This document shows positions 18,806 to 26,359 of a stretch of 64,000 nucleotides of DNA, piece by piece. Each line of letters starts with the position of its first letter. The first letter of the stretch is position 1. The translations under genes and the position numbers were made by a program. The stretch lies in assembly GCA_025060295.1 (NCBI GenBank), contig JANXCH010000006.1, positions 5,257 to 69,256 of the forward strand, in the 5' to 3' direction. The notes below the pieces were generated by a model. That model ran no database searches and was not told where the DNA came from. It worked only from the letters and a program-made list of their open reading frames with translations. This stretch comes from Dehalococcoidia bacterium. Its GTDB lineage: Bacteria; Chloroflexota; Dehalococcoidia; Lucifugimonadales; HRBIN23.

Positions 18806-19092
18806 GCACCTGCCCTGTAGGTGCGGGATGTGAGAAGGCTTCTGGATCAGGATGCACAATATCTTGTCGGTGAGCGGGAAAGCCATTGGCAACAGAAACA
18901 CTTGCCCCGCCGGGGATGACGGTTTCTGGGCAAGGGTTTCTAGGGTGCCACAGGAAAAACGCCCGATCAAGGATCGTGCACACATAGGGCCTGCCCGCAC
19001 AGATCCGCTTTCACACTGGGCTGTAAAATGTAAAGACACCCTTCTCGGGTCTACGGGTGGGGTAGTGAGGCACGGGGAGAAGAGCAGAGGGT

Positions 19093-19121
19093 TTGACAGG
19101 GTGCCGTCTAAAGGCTATGAG
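19093..19121 (+). promoter_or_regulatory. Sigma70-type promoter TTGACA-17-TATGAG upstream of the cyclophilin gene
   Basis: Consensus -35 with 17-nt spacing. This argues that the track start TTG 19093 is actually the -35 box. Confidence 0.35.
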
Positions 19122-19146
19122 GTGCACACCTATGAGGATAAGGGCT

Positions 19147-19797
19147 ATGCGGAGGATGATGTTGCTTGGCCTTATCCTGATGCTTGTGCTCACTTGTGGG
19201 GCCATGGGTTGTGGGCGCGCCGCCCAACCTCCGCCTACTCCCACCCCCACGCCCGCGCCGGCGGTTGCCCCCGCGCCCGTGAAACGCTGGAGCGCTCCGC
19301 CCCCCATGCAGATCGACCCCTCCAAGCGCTACCAGGCTGTCATCACGACGACCGAGGGGGACATTGTGGTAGACCTGTTCCCCCAAGAGGCCCCCAAGAC
19401 GGTCAATAACTTCGTGTTCCTGGCGCGCCAGGGGTTCTACGACGGGGTCAGGTTCCATCGTATCATTAGGGGGTTTATGATCCAGACAGGAGATCCCACC
19501 AGCACAGGCGCGGGCGGCCCCGGATATACCTTTGAGGACGAGCCTGTGCGTCGGGATTACACGCCGGGCATTGTGGCTATGGCCAACGCCGGTCCCAACA
19601 CCAACGGAAGCCAGTTCTTCATTATGCATGGTTTCGCTCCCCTTCCCAAGGCTTACACCATTTTCGGCCAGGTGGTGCAGGGGATGGAGGTGGTGGACCG
19701 CATCGCCAATACACCCGTCACGGCTGGCCCCGGGGGTGAGGTGTCGCGCCCCCTGCGGGATGTGCGCATTGTAAGGATTACCATCCGCGAAGGATGA
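19147..19797 (+). CDS. Peptidyl-prolyl cis-trans isomerase (cyclophilin type), secreted or lipoprotein
   Basis: MRRMMLLGLILMLVLTCGAMGCG signal-like N-terminus, Pro/Thr/Ala linker, FHRIIRGFMIQTGDP. The start among several ATGs was chosen by the GAGGA SD and the promoter position. Confidence 0.85.
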   Translation: MRRMMLLGLILMLVLTCGAMGCGRAAQPPPTPTPTPAPAVAPAPVKRWSAPPPMQIDPSKRYQAVITTTEGDIVVDLFPQEAPKTVNNFVFLARQGFYDGVRFHRIIRGFMIQTGDPTSTGAGGPGYTFEDEPVRRDYTPGIVAMANAGPNTNGSQFFIMHGFAPLPKAYTIFGQVVQGMEVVDRIANTPVTAGPGGEVSRPLRDVRIVRITIREG

Positions 19798-19810
19798 GAG
19801 AGGTGGCACG

Positions 19811-20053
19811 ATGACCCCACAACAGGTGCGGCTCTATATACGCCCAGGCTGATTGCAGTGCAAGCGAACGAAAGAGTTTCTTTCGTCTAAAGGTGTCGCC
19901 TTTGAGGTGCGGGATGTGAAAAACGATCCCCAGGCACGTGAGGAGCTCATGCGCTTGGGCTATCGGAGGGTGCCCGTGACGGTGGTGGGCGACCAGGCGG
20001 TGGAGGGGTTCAACAAGGCGAAGTTGGAGCAGTTGTTGGGTTTGCGCCAGTAG
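19811..20053 (+). CDS. Glutaredoxin/NrdH-like redoxin with in-frame TGA (candidate selenocysteine) at 19850..19852
   Basis: ATG 19811 behind GAGAGGTGG. MTPQQVRLYIRPG-[TGA]-LQCKRTKEFLSSKGVAFEVRDV...VPVTVVGDQAVEGF. The TGA sits exactly at the first Cys of the y.rpgCxxC redoxin motif. The track ORF (TTG 19853) would lack strand beta1 and that Cys. Confidence 0.6.
19866..19887 (+). promoter_or_regulatory. SECIS-like hairpin downstream of the in-frame TGA
   Basis: ACGAAAG (19868..19874) pairs perfectly with CTTTCGT (19880..19886). Loop is AGUUU. An extra G19866-C19887 pair forms with A19867 bulged. The stem begins 16 nt after the TGA. Confidence 0.4.
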
Positions 20054-20340
20054 ACCCTTACCTTCCAGAATTCCGGGCAAGGCGTGGGGTGGATGGAAAC
20101 GGTGCTGGGAGGGTGCGGGGGGAAATGCTCTCAAGTGTGTGTGGGGTGCTCTGTGCCCCCTGAGGGGGAGATACCCTTGATCACACCCACGTCTGTATCC
20201 TCTGACCTCCGATCGTCTGCGGGAAGGTGGTTTCGGTGCAGAACGGGGGTAACCTCTGACTGTGTGGCCCCCCGCTTGAAATGATGCTCCAGGTTCAGGG
20301 GCGCTCGCCCCGCATCCTAGGATTGAAGGGATTATGTGCG

Positions 20341-20553
20341 TTATATCCCTGTGGGGGGACGCAGCGCCAACCCCAGCAGGCGCTCGGCGGTGCGGGTGAT
20401 GGCCTCCCAGCAAGGCGTGCACCACGGGCACCCGTCCTCCAGGGGATGGTAGCCCCCACGGCTCACCAGGTAGGCGCCGTCTTCTGCGACCACCACCGTC
20501 TCCTCATACCGCCGGGAGCATAAGCGGCACTGGGTGATGATAGTGTGGGTCAT
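20341..20553 (-). CDS. Small Cys-rich (zinc-ribbon-like) hypothetical protein
   Basis: 70 aa. CRLC near the N-terminus and CPWCTPC later. No family recognised. Confidence 0.45.
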   Translation of the reverse strand: MTHTIITQCRLCSRRYEETVVVAEDGAYLVSRGGYHPLEDGCPWCTPCWEAITRTAERLLGLALRPPTGI

Positions 20554-20661
20554 GTTCCCCCCGCTGGGCTAGCCCTAGCGTGCGACGGGGCGCCAACACC
20601 CGCTAGGAGCCACGCCCCCACTGCTTTGGGACTGCCCCCCATTCGGGGTGAGGGGATATCC

Positions 20662-21939
20662 CTAGAGGCCGTCCTCCCCGCCCTCCACCATATCCACCAC
20701 CAAGGTCGTCCAGCCAAAGTCGTGGGCCCCCATACCTTTCCCCGTGAGGGGGTTGTAAAACTCACGGAAGCCCTCCCGCTCCACCAGGGCTACGGACTTT
20801 TCCGTGATGGCATCGGCCTCGTCTCGATAGCCGTGGCGACGGAGGGCTTTGACCAGGAACCAGTTGGTATTCATCCAAGTCGGCCCCCGCCACAGGAGCC
20901 AATCCATATCGGGGGCAAAGGAGGGTTCGGCCATGCTCACCGTGGGCAATGGATAGGGTGCCCAGAAGGCTTGGGGGTCTTTCACGTGGCGCTCGACCTG
21001 ACGGCGCACGCGCTCCGGGGGAATGGAGGGGAGAATAAGGGGGAACAGTGCGGTAATGGTAAGGGTGCGCAAAGGTTTCTCTGCACGGCCCGCCAAGTCA
21101 AAATAGGCTTCGGTAGAGGGATCATAGCACTTTGTGAGAATGGCTTGCTCCACTCGCTGGGCCTGGGCCCGCCACTGCTCCGCCGCGCGGGATTCCCCCA
21201 AGGCGCGGTGCAGGTCAGCCACGGCGTAAAGGCCCTGGGCGTAGATAGCGTTGACCAGCACATCCTCCACTTCAAAACGCCCCCACTGCGCAGCGCGCCG
21301 TGCGGAGAACCTGAGCACCAGGTTCACCAGGTCGGTGAGGCGGTAGCGCCACTCCACCGCGGTGCGGCTGGGGGGACGGGGATTGCGGATGCCCAGCAAA
21401 GGGTCATAGGCGGGCTTGTGATCCAACCCCGATTCGTAGGGGGAGATGATGCTGATGAGGCCGTCGCCATCCGGGTCCCGCTCGCGGGCCAGCCAGCGGT
21501 AGTAGCGGTCCAGCGGGGGCACCATCTCCCGCAGGAATGCCCTATCTCCACTGCGCTGGAAAACCGTCTTCACGGCCTGGGCCAACACAGGAGGCTGGAT
21601 GTAGCGGGTATGGCGGGGGCGCAGGGAGGGACTGCTTTGCAGGTATGCCCAGGGTTCTAGCAACCGCTTGGGCCCCCAGTAGAGCACATGCCCGATGAAA
21701 CCGTCCCCCTCTTGCAAGGAGACCAGGGAGACCAGTTCGGCCTTGGCCTGCTCCAAGTCCCAATGGGAGAGGACGATGGCGTGGAAACAGGAGTCCCAGA
21801 ACCACTGCCACCGATAACGGCCAGGGGAGGGGCAGGTGTAGCGATAAGTTCGGCGGGAGCGGCGGTCATAGCCCTGGCGGCGATTGGACAGGAGGAGGGC
21901 TTGGGCCTGCGAGCGTATGCGCCGATAGACTGCGTTCAT
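20662..21939 (-). CDS. (alpha/alpha)6 glycoside hydrolase, GH63-like (mannosylglycerate/glucosylglycerate hydrolase-like)
   Basis: 425 aa. RWQWFWDSCFHAIVL motif typical of GH63/GH37-type six-hairpin enzymes. Size fits the short bacterial GH63 enzymes. Confidence 0.7.
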   Translation of the reverse strand: MNAVYRRIRSQAQALLLSNRRQGYDRRSRRTYRYTCPSPGRYRWQWFWDSCFHAIVLSHWDLEQAKAELVSLVSLQEGDGFIGHVLYWGPKRLLEPWAYLQSSPSLRPRHTRYIQPPVLAQAVKTVFQRSGDRAFLREMVPPLDRYYRWLARERDPDGDGLISIISPYESGLDHKPAYDPLLGIRNPRPPSRTAVEWRYRLTDLVNLVLRFSARRAAQWGRFEVEDVLVNAIYAQGLYAVADLHRALGESRAAEQWRAQAQRVEQAILTKCYDPSTEAYFDLAGRAEKPLRTLTITALFPLILPSIPPERVRRQVERHVKDPQAFWAPYPLPTVSMAEPSFAPDMDWLLWRGPTWMNTNWFLVKALRRHGYRDEADAITEKSVALVEREGFREFYNPLTGKGMGAHDFGWTTLVVDMVEGGEDGL

Positions 21940-21973
21940 GTGCCCTGCGGGTCAACTGCCTGCCCCCCTGGCG

Positions 21974-22948
21974 TTAGGGTATGCCCAACTCGGCTTTGAT
22001 CTCTTGGACGGCTGTAACCATCACCCGCAACTTTGCCAGGGCCTCCTGGGTGGTGCGGGTCTTCAGTCCGCAATCGGGGTCAATCCATAGGCGCTCCGGC
22101 GGGAAAATTTCCAGGCCTTTCCGAATGCCCGCCTTGACTTGGTCCACCGTCTCAATGCGGTGGGTGTGCACATCAATCACCCCCATGGACAGGATTTTGT
22201 CTGTGGGGTGCTTGCGGAACAGTTCCAGGAGGTCATAGTTACTGTTGGCCATCTCCAAATCCAGGACGTGCACCGGCAAGCGGACCAGTTGGTCAAAGAC
22301 GGCGGCGAAATCCCCATAGCACATATGGGTGATGACGATGCAATCCAGGCCCTTGGTCACGATCCCCAAGGCTCGGGAGGCCAGTTCCATCTCCTCGGGG
22401 CGTGTGGAGACGGCGGGTTCATCTATCTGGATGTATTTGGCGCCCGCCTTCACCAGGTCGAACGCCTCCTCCCGCACCACCTGGGCCATCGCCAGGACAA
22501 AGTCGGTGAAGGTGGGATAATACTCATTGAATGACCAATCGGCCATGGTGTAGGGGCCGGTGAGCATACCTTTGACGGGCTTGCTGGTAAGGCTTTGGGC
22601 GTACTGCCACCACTTGACGGTGATGGGGCCGCGCCGCCCCACAGGGCCAACGGCGATGGGTTTGCGGTAGTAGCGGTTGCCGTAGGAGCGCACCAGCCCG
22701 CTGATTTTGAACCCCTCCATGTTCTCGGAGAAATAGGTAACCATATCACCCCGGTATTGCTCCCCGTCCACCAGGATGTCCATGCCCAGGTCCTCCTGGG
22801 CGCGAATCCAGAAAGCGGTGGCCTCGCGCTCCAGGCGTTCCAGGTCCTCCAAGCTCATCTCGCCCCGGGCCACCTTATTGCGGGCCTGCTGAAGGGCCTC
22901 CGACTTGGGGTAACTGCCCACGGCGGTGGTGAGGAGCCCTCGGGTCAT
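21974..22948 (-). CDS. Cobalamin-independent methionine synthase, catalytic (MetE C-terminal-type) domain protein
   Basis: 324 aa. VGSYPK, Zn-ligand motifs ITHMCYGDF and IDPDCGLKTR. Confidence 0.85.
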   Translation of the reverse strand: MTRGLLTTAVGSYPKSEALQQARNKVARGEMSLEDLERLEREATAFWIRAQEDLGMDILVDGEQYRGDMVTYFSENMEGFKISGLVRSYGNRYYRKPIAVGPVGRRGPITVKWWQYAQSLTSKPVKGMLTGPYTMADWSFNEYYPTFTDFVLAMAQVVREEAFDLVKAGAKYIQIDEPAVSTRPEEMELASRALGIVTKGLDCIVITHMCYGDFAAVFDQLVRLPVHVLDLEMANSNYDLLELFRKHPTDKILSMGVIDVHTHRIETVDQVKAGIRKGLEIFPPERLWIDPDCGLKTRTTQEALAKLRVMVTAVQEIKAELGIP

Positions 22949-23919
22949 GCCAGCACCTCCTGGGCCTTGCGCGCCCCGTCCACCAGGCGCACCAGTTTCT
23001 CGTACGCCCGGTCACGAGGTAAGTATTCCAATCCACACGACGGCGACAGATAGAGGCGATCCAGCCCCACCAGGGGCTTTACCCGCCGCACACAGTCCAC
23101 CACGTCGTCCACCGTTTCCAGTTTGGTGTTGCGGGCATCCACACACCCCAGCCCCAAAATCTTATCCGAGGGGAAGGAGCGGATGATCGTGTAGTTCGCC
23201 TTTCCCAGCACAAAGTCCAGACCAAACACCTGGAAAGGCAGGCGGAAGAAGTCGGGATACAGGCCGTTGAGATCACGAAACCATGTTTGCAGCGCCAACG
23301 GAACGGTAACACCCCGCGTCAAGCGTTGCATGGCCTTCTGGAAAAGGGGGAAGTCGTCCTTCCATTTGAGGATGGCGGGCTCATCCACTTGGATGAGGGG
23401 GGGATTCTCGGCCTGAAGGGTCAGGAGTTCCTGGTTAAGGATGTCGGCCAGGTGGAGCACAAAGGTCTCCAGATCAGGATAGGCGGGATACAGGGAGAGG
23501 CGGGCCAGGGTGTAAGGGCCGGTGACCACAGGTTTGACGGGCTTGGGGCTGTGCTGACGAGCAAACTGATAGTCACGGACGCTGATAGGGCCTTGCCACG
23601 ACAGACGCTTTTCGGCTACGGGTTGGCGGTAGTAGGTGTTGGTATCAAAGTAGCGCACCAATCCGTTGATACTGAAGCCCCCAATGCGGCGGGCGAAGTA
23701 GGTTTGGCCATCCTCCCAGCGGATTTGGCCATCGGTGAGCAGGTCAATACCCGCCTGGGCCTGTTCCGCCAGCACCTCTTTGGTCACCTCGTCCTCAACC
23801 CGGTGCAACTCCTCCAGGGAGATTTTGCCCGCGTCGTAGTTGGCGATGGCGGTGCGTAGGTTGGGGGCGCGGCTGCGCCCGCCGATCTTCGGGTAGTGGC
23901 CCACCACAGTGGTCAGCAC
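22945..23919 (-). CDS. MetE N-terminal-type (non-catalytic paralogous) domain protein
   Basis: GTG 23919 four nt after GAGGTGGA, also giving 324 aa. VVGHYPKIG...DGQIRWED. Lacks the HxC Zn motif. ATGA overlap with the downstream catalytic gene. Confidence 0.75.
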   Translation of the reverse strand: MLTTVVGHYPKIGGRSRAPNLRTAIANYDAGKISLEELHRVEDEVTKEVLAEQAQAGIDLLTDGQIRWEDGQTYFARRIGGFSINGLVRYFDTNTYYRQPVAEKRLSWQGPISVRDYQFARQHSPKPVKPVVTGPYTLARLSLYPAYPDLETFVLHLADILNQELLTLQAENPPLIQVDEPAILKWKDDFPLFQKAMQRLTRGVTVPLALQTWFRDLNGLYPDFFRLPFQVFGLDFVLGKANYTIIRSFPSDKILGLGCVDARNTKLETVDDVVDCVRRVKPLVGLDRLYLSPSCGLEYLPRDRAYEKLVRLVDGARKAQEVLA

Positions 23920-24132
23920 GCTTCCACCTCGCTGTGTAGAGATAGGGACAGCCCACGCGGGGCTTTTGCTATAGTAGCGGAAAAAGGCGTTTTTCCGCAA
24001 CCGTCTCATCACGGCCGCAAAGGTGTGGGGGGCTTGGGCTTACGGTTGCATTGCCGACGCGCGCAGGGGATAATAGCGTCAACTCCTTTTCTGACAGTGT
24101 GGCAAGGGGGCTATGTGAGTAGCCAGGTGTGG

Positions 24133-24987
24133 ATGACCATTGAGGACATCATCTTAGACCAGGACCGGAGGGGGGTGTCGGCTCTGCGCCCCTACCTCCC
24201 CCGCCACTTTTGCACCCAGGCAGCGGCCTTCATCCTGGCCCATCCGGGAACGGTTTTTCTTGCTACAGGCTTCTACATCGTGACGGCCGGCGCGCCGGAG
24301 ACCGATGGCCCCCCGGGGGCAGTGGTGTTGGGGAACGCCTTGGAGGCGCTAGGCTATCGGGTGGTGTATGTCTCCGACAAGTATTGTGTGCCCATTCTGC
24401 GGGGGCTGGCGTCGCCGTCTGCACGAGTGGAGGAGTTCCCGATCACCACACCTCAGGAGAGCCAGGCCTTTGCCCAGCGCCTTCTGGAAACCTATCAGCC
24501 CGCACTGCTAATCTCCACCGAGCGGTGTAGTCTCACCCGCCAGGGTGTGTACCGCAATATGCGGGGGGTAGACATCACCCCCTACACGGCGCGCCTGGAT
24601 TACCTGTTTTTGGCCCATCCCGCCAGCGTGGGAGTGGGGGACGGCGGTAACGAAATCGGGATGGGGAAGGTGGCCGAAATTATCCCCACTGTCCCCACGC
24701 TGCCGAAGGACCCCGCTGCCACACCCACCACCCACCTGGTCATCGCCAGCGTCTCCAACTGGGGGTGCTATGGGCTCGTGGGGGCATTGTCGGCTCTGGT
24801 GGGGCGCAACCTTTTGCCCACCCCGGAGGAGGAGATGGAGCGCATCCGGGCCACAGTGCGCCTGGGCGCCGTGGACGGCATAAGCGGTCGCCCTGAGCCG
24901 TCAGTGGACTCCTTCCCCTTAGAGGTGCATGGCCAAATTGTTCTCCGTTTGCACCGTCTGCTGGAGGCACGAGGGATGCCCCGCTAG
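24133..24987 (+). CDS. DUF4392 (D-glutamate cyclase-like) domain protein
   Basis: APETDGPPGAVVLG and GDGGNEIGMG motifs. Alternative GTG start at 24115. The track N-terminal extension from 23896 is unlikely. Confidence 0.75.
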   Translation: MTIEDIILDQDRRGVSALRPYLPRHFCTQAAAFILAHPGTVFLATGFYIVTAGAPETDGPPGAVVLGNALEALGYRVVYVSDKYCVPILRGLASPSARVEEFPITTPQESQAFAQRLLETYQPALLISTERCSLTRQGVYRNMRGVDITPYTARLDYLFLAHPASVGVGDGGNEIGMGKVAEIIPTVPTLPKDPAATPTTHLVIASVSNWGCYGLVGALSALVGRNLLPTPEEEMERIRATVRLGAVDGISGRPEPSVDSFPLEVHGQIVLRLHRLLEARGMPR

Positions 24988-24990
24988 GGG

Positions 24991-25236
24991 CTAGCGGGGT
25001 GTTTGCTCACCCGCCGTAGCCCGACGCAGGATGAAGGGCAGAGGCCCCCGGACCTCGCTATGGATAACCTGACGGGGGGCGATGACGACGATACCGACGC
25101 GCGGGCCTTGCGGGGTAGCAACCACCACAGGGTCGTCTACCGCTAGGTCCAGGTCGCGGGGGTCAACAAAGTGCACCGGCCCACTGCGCTCGAAACGGAC
25201 ACCCGCCACACGATAAAGGAGGAAAGGTGTTGCCAC
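24991..25236 (-). CDS. RicT/YaaT (PSP1) N-terminal-region-like small protein, lacking the PSP1 domain
   Basis: GTG 25236 five nt after GGGAGGT, 2 nt past the holB stop. VAGVRFERSGPVHFVDPRDLDLAVDDPVVVATPQGPRVGIVV resembles the segment preceding the PSP1 domain. Same post-holB position as yaaT in Bacillus. Confidence 0.5.
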   Translation of the reverse strand: MATPFLLYRVAGVRFERSGPVHFVDPRDLDLAVDDPVVVATPQGPRVGIVVIAPRQVIHSEVRGPLPFILRRATAGEQTPR

Positions 25237-25238
25237 GC

Positions 25239-26348
25239 CTACCTCCCGGTGGGCGTAGATGCGGCGGCCGGCACAACCAGATGGGGTAAGTGGAGCATAG
25301 CGTACTCCAGGGCCAGGCTGGGGTTGACCTGAGCTTCCAAATGCATCCGTAAGGTCAAGATACACCGCACCCCTTGGGCGAAGGTTCTCCCCTCCCCAGT
25401 CTGGGCCAGGGCCTCCAGGAAACGGAGGGCGTCAGTGTTGACCACCCCCTGGGGGAAGCGCAGCCGCAAATACAGCAGGTCGCGCCACCATAAAGCCCAC
25501 AGGTCGAGGGTGTCCAGCACCCATTGGCGGTCCCTGCGCCACCGCTCGGCCAACTGCTGGGCAAAGGCGAAGCGCTCCCGCAGGCTTGCCCCCGCCAGGC
25601 GGGCGAACTCCTCCAGCAGCCCCTCCCGCTCGGCTTGGGTGAGGGGGTGGGAATGGATAGTGTCCTGGTCGGAGACCTTTCCCAGGAACCGCAAGGCCCA
25701 TCCCAGGCGTCCCTGGGCCAGGCGGGCGGCCAGGTGGGCCTCCTCAGCACTTGCCCCCCAGCGCTCCTGCAAGGCTTGCACCAGCGTCTCGGGGGCGAGC
25801 AGGCCCAAGCGCACCTCCCCGCATCGCGAGCGTAGGGTGGGCAGAAGGGCTTCAGTATTACACGAAAGGAGGAAGAACACAGTGGCGGAGGGCGGTTCTT
25901 CTAAGGTCTTGAGGAGGGCGTTGCTCGCCTCTTCGCTCAGGTGCTCTGCTCGGTCTATGATGATGGCCCGTAGGGCACCCAAGCGGGGGGTGAGGGTGCA
26001 AAGGGCCGTGAGACGGCGCACATCCTTGATAGAGATCTCCCTCCTCTGGGCGCCCTCCTGCACCCGTTTCACCTCCTCCTCATCCACAGGGTGGGTCAGG
26101 GAGAGGTAGAGGATGTCCGGGTGGGTTCGTGCCAGGGCCAGTCGACAGGAGGTGCACACGTCACAGGGCGGAGTGCCCAGACCTTCGTGGGGGCCGGAGC
26201 ACTGGGCGGCGCGGGCGATCTCCCGTGCGAAGGTCTCCTTGCCGATGCCCGCTGGGCCCGTGATCAGATAGGCGTGGCCCAGAGAGCCCCGAGCCAAGGC
26301 GTGCTGGAACAGGGCCAGCGCCCGTTGGTGCCCGACCACCCGCCACAT
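25239..26348 (-). CDS. holB: DNA polymerase III subunit delta'
   Basis: HAYLITGPAGIGKETFA and the CDVCTSCR zinc module. Confidence 0.85.
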   Translation of the reverse strand: MWRVVGHQRALALFQHALARGSLGHAYLITGPAGIGKETFAREIARAAQCSGPHEGLGTPPCDVCTSCRLALARTHPDILYLSLTHPVDEEEVKRVQEGAQRREISIKDVRRLTALCTLTPRLGALRAIIIDRAEHLSEEASNALLKTLEEPPSATVFFLLSCNTEALLPTLRSRCGEVRLGLLAPETLVQALQERWGASAEEAHLAARLAQGRLGWALRFLGKVSDQDTIHSHPLTQAEREGLLEEFARLAGASLRERFAFAQQLAERWRRDRQWVLDTLDLWALWWRDLLYLRLRFPQGVVNTDALRFLEALAQTGEGRTFAQGVRCILTLRMHLEAQVNPSLALEYAMLHLPHLVVPAAASTPTGR

Positions 26349-26359
26349 TCCCTCACGCC

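Noticed and set aside
20260-20300. UUUCAAG (minus strand, complement of CTTGAAA near 20275) tested as a tRNA-Sec anticodon loop near the selenoprotein candidate
   Set aside because: The flanking bases do not form an anticodon stem, and I could build no acceptor or T-arm. No GGTTCGAATCC-type T-loop was seen anywhere in the window, so no tRNA is called.
20545-21660. 371-aa plus-strand ORF
   Set aside because: Antisense to the GH63-like hydrolase, which has recognisable motifs. The composition is Gly/Pro/Ala/His-rich with no motifs.
23920-24110. Assignment of the metE leader to cobalamin or canonical SAM-I riboswitch classes
   Set aside because: The B12 box and the GGUGC...AAUCC / GAGGGA...GGCCC cores could not be located. 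It is kept only as an unassigned structured leader.
23896-24132. N-terminal extensions suggested by the track (DUF4392 from 23896; also MidA from 37462, DinB-like from 33465, Rex from 47787, DnaJ from 57226, Hsp20 from 57172, MetE-N from 24012)
   Set aside because: The extensions overlap neighbouring genes or promoter regions and lack SDs. Internal starts with good SDs give family-typical N-termini.
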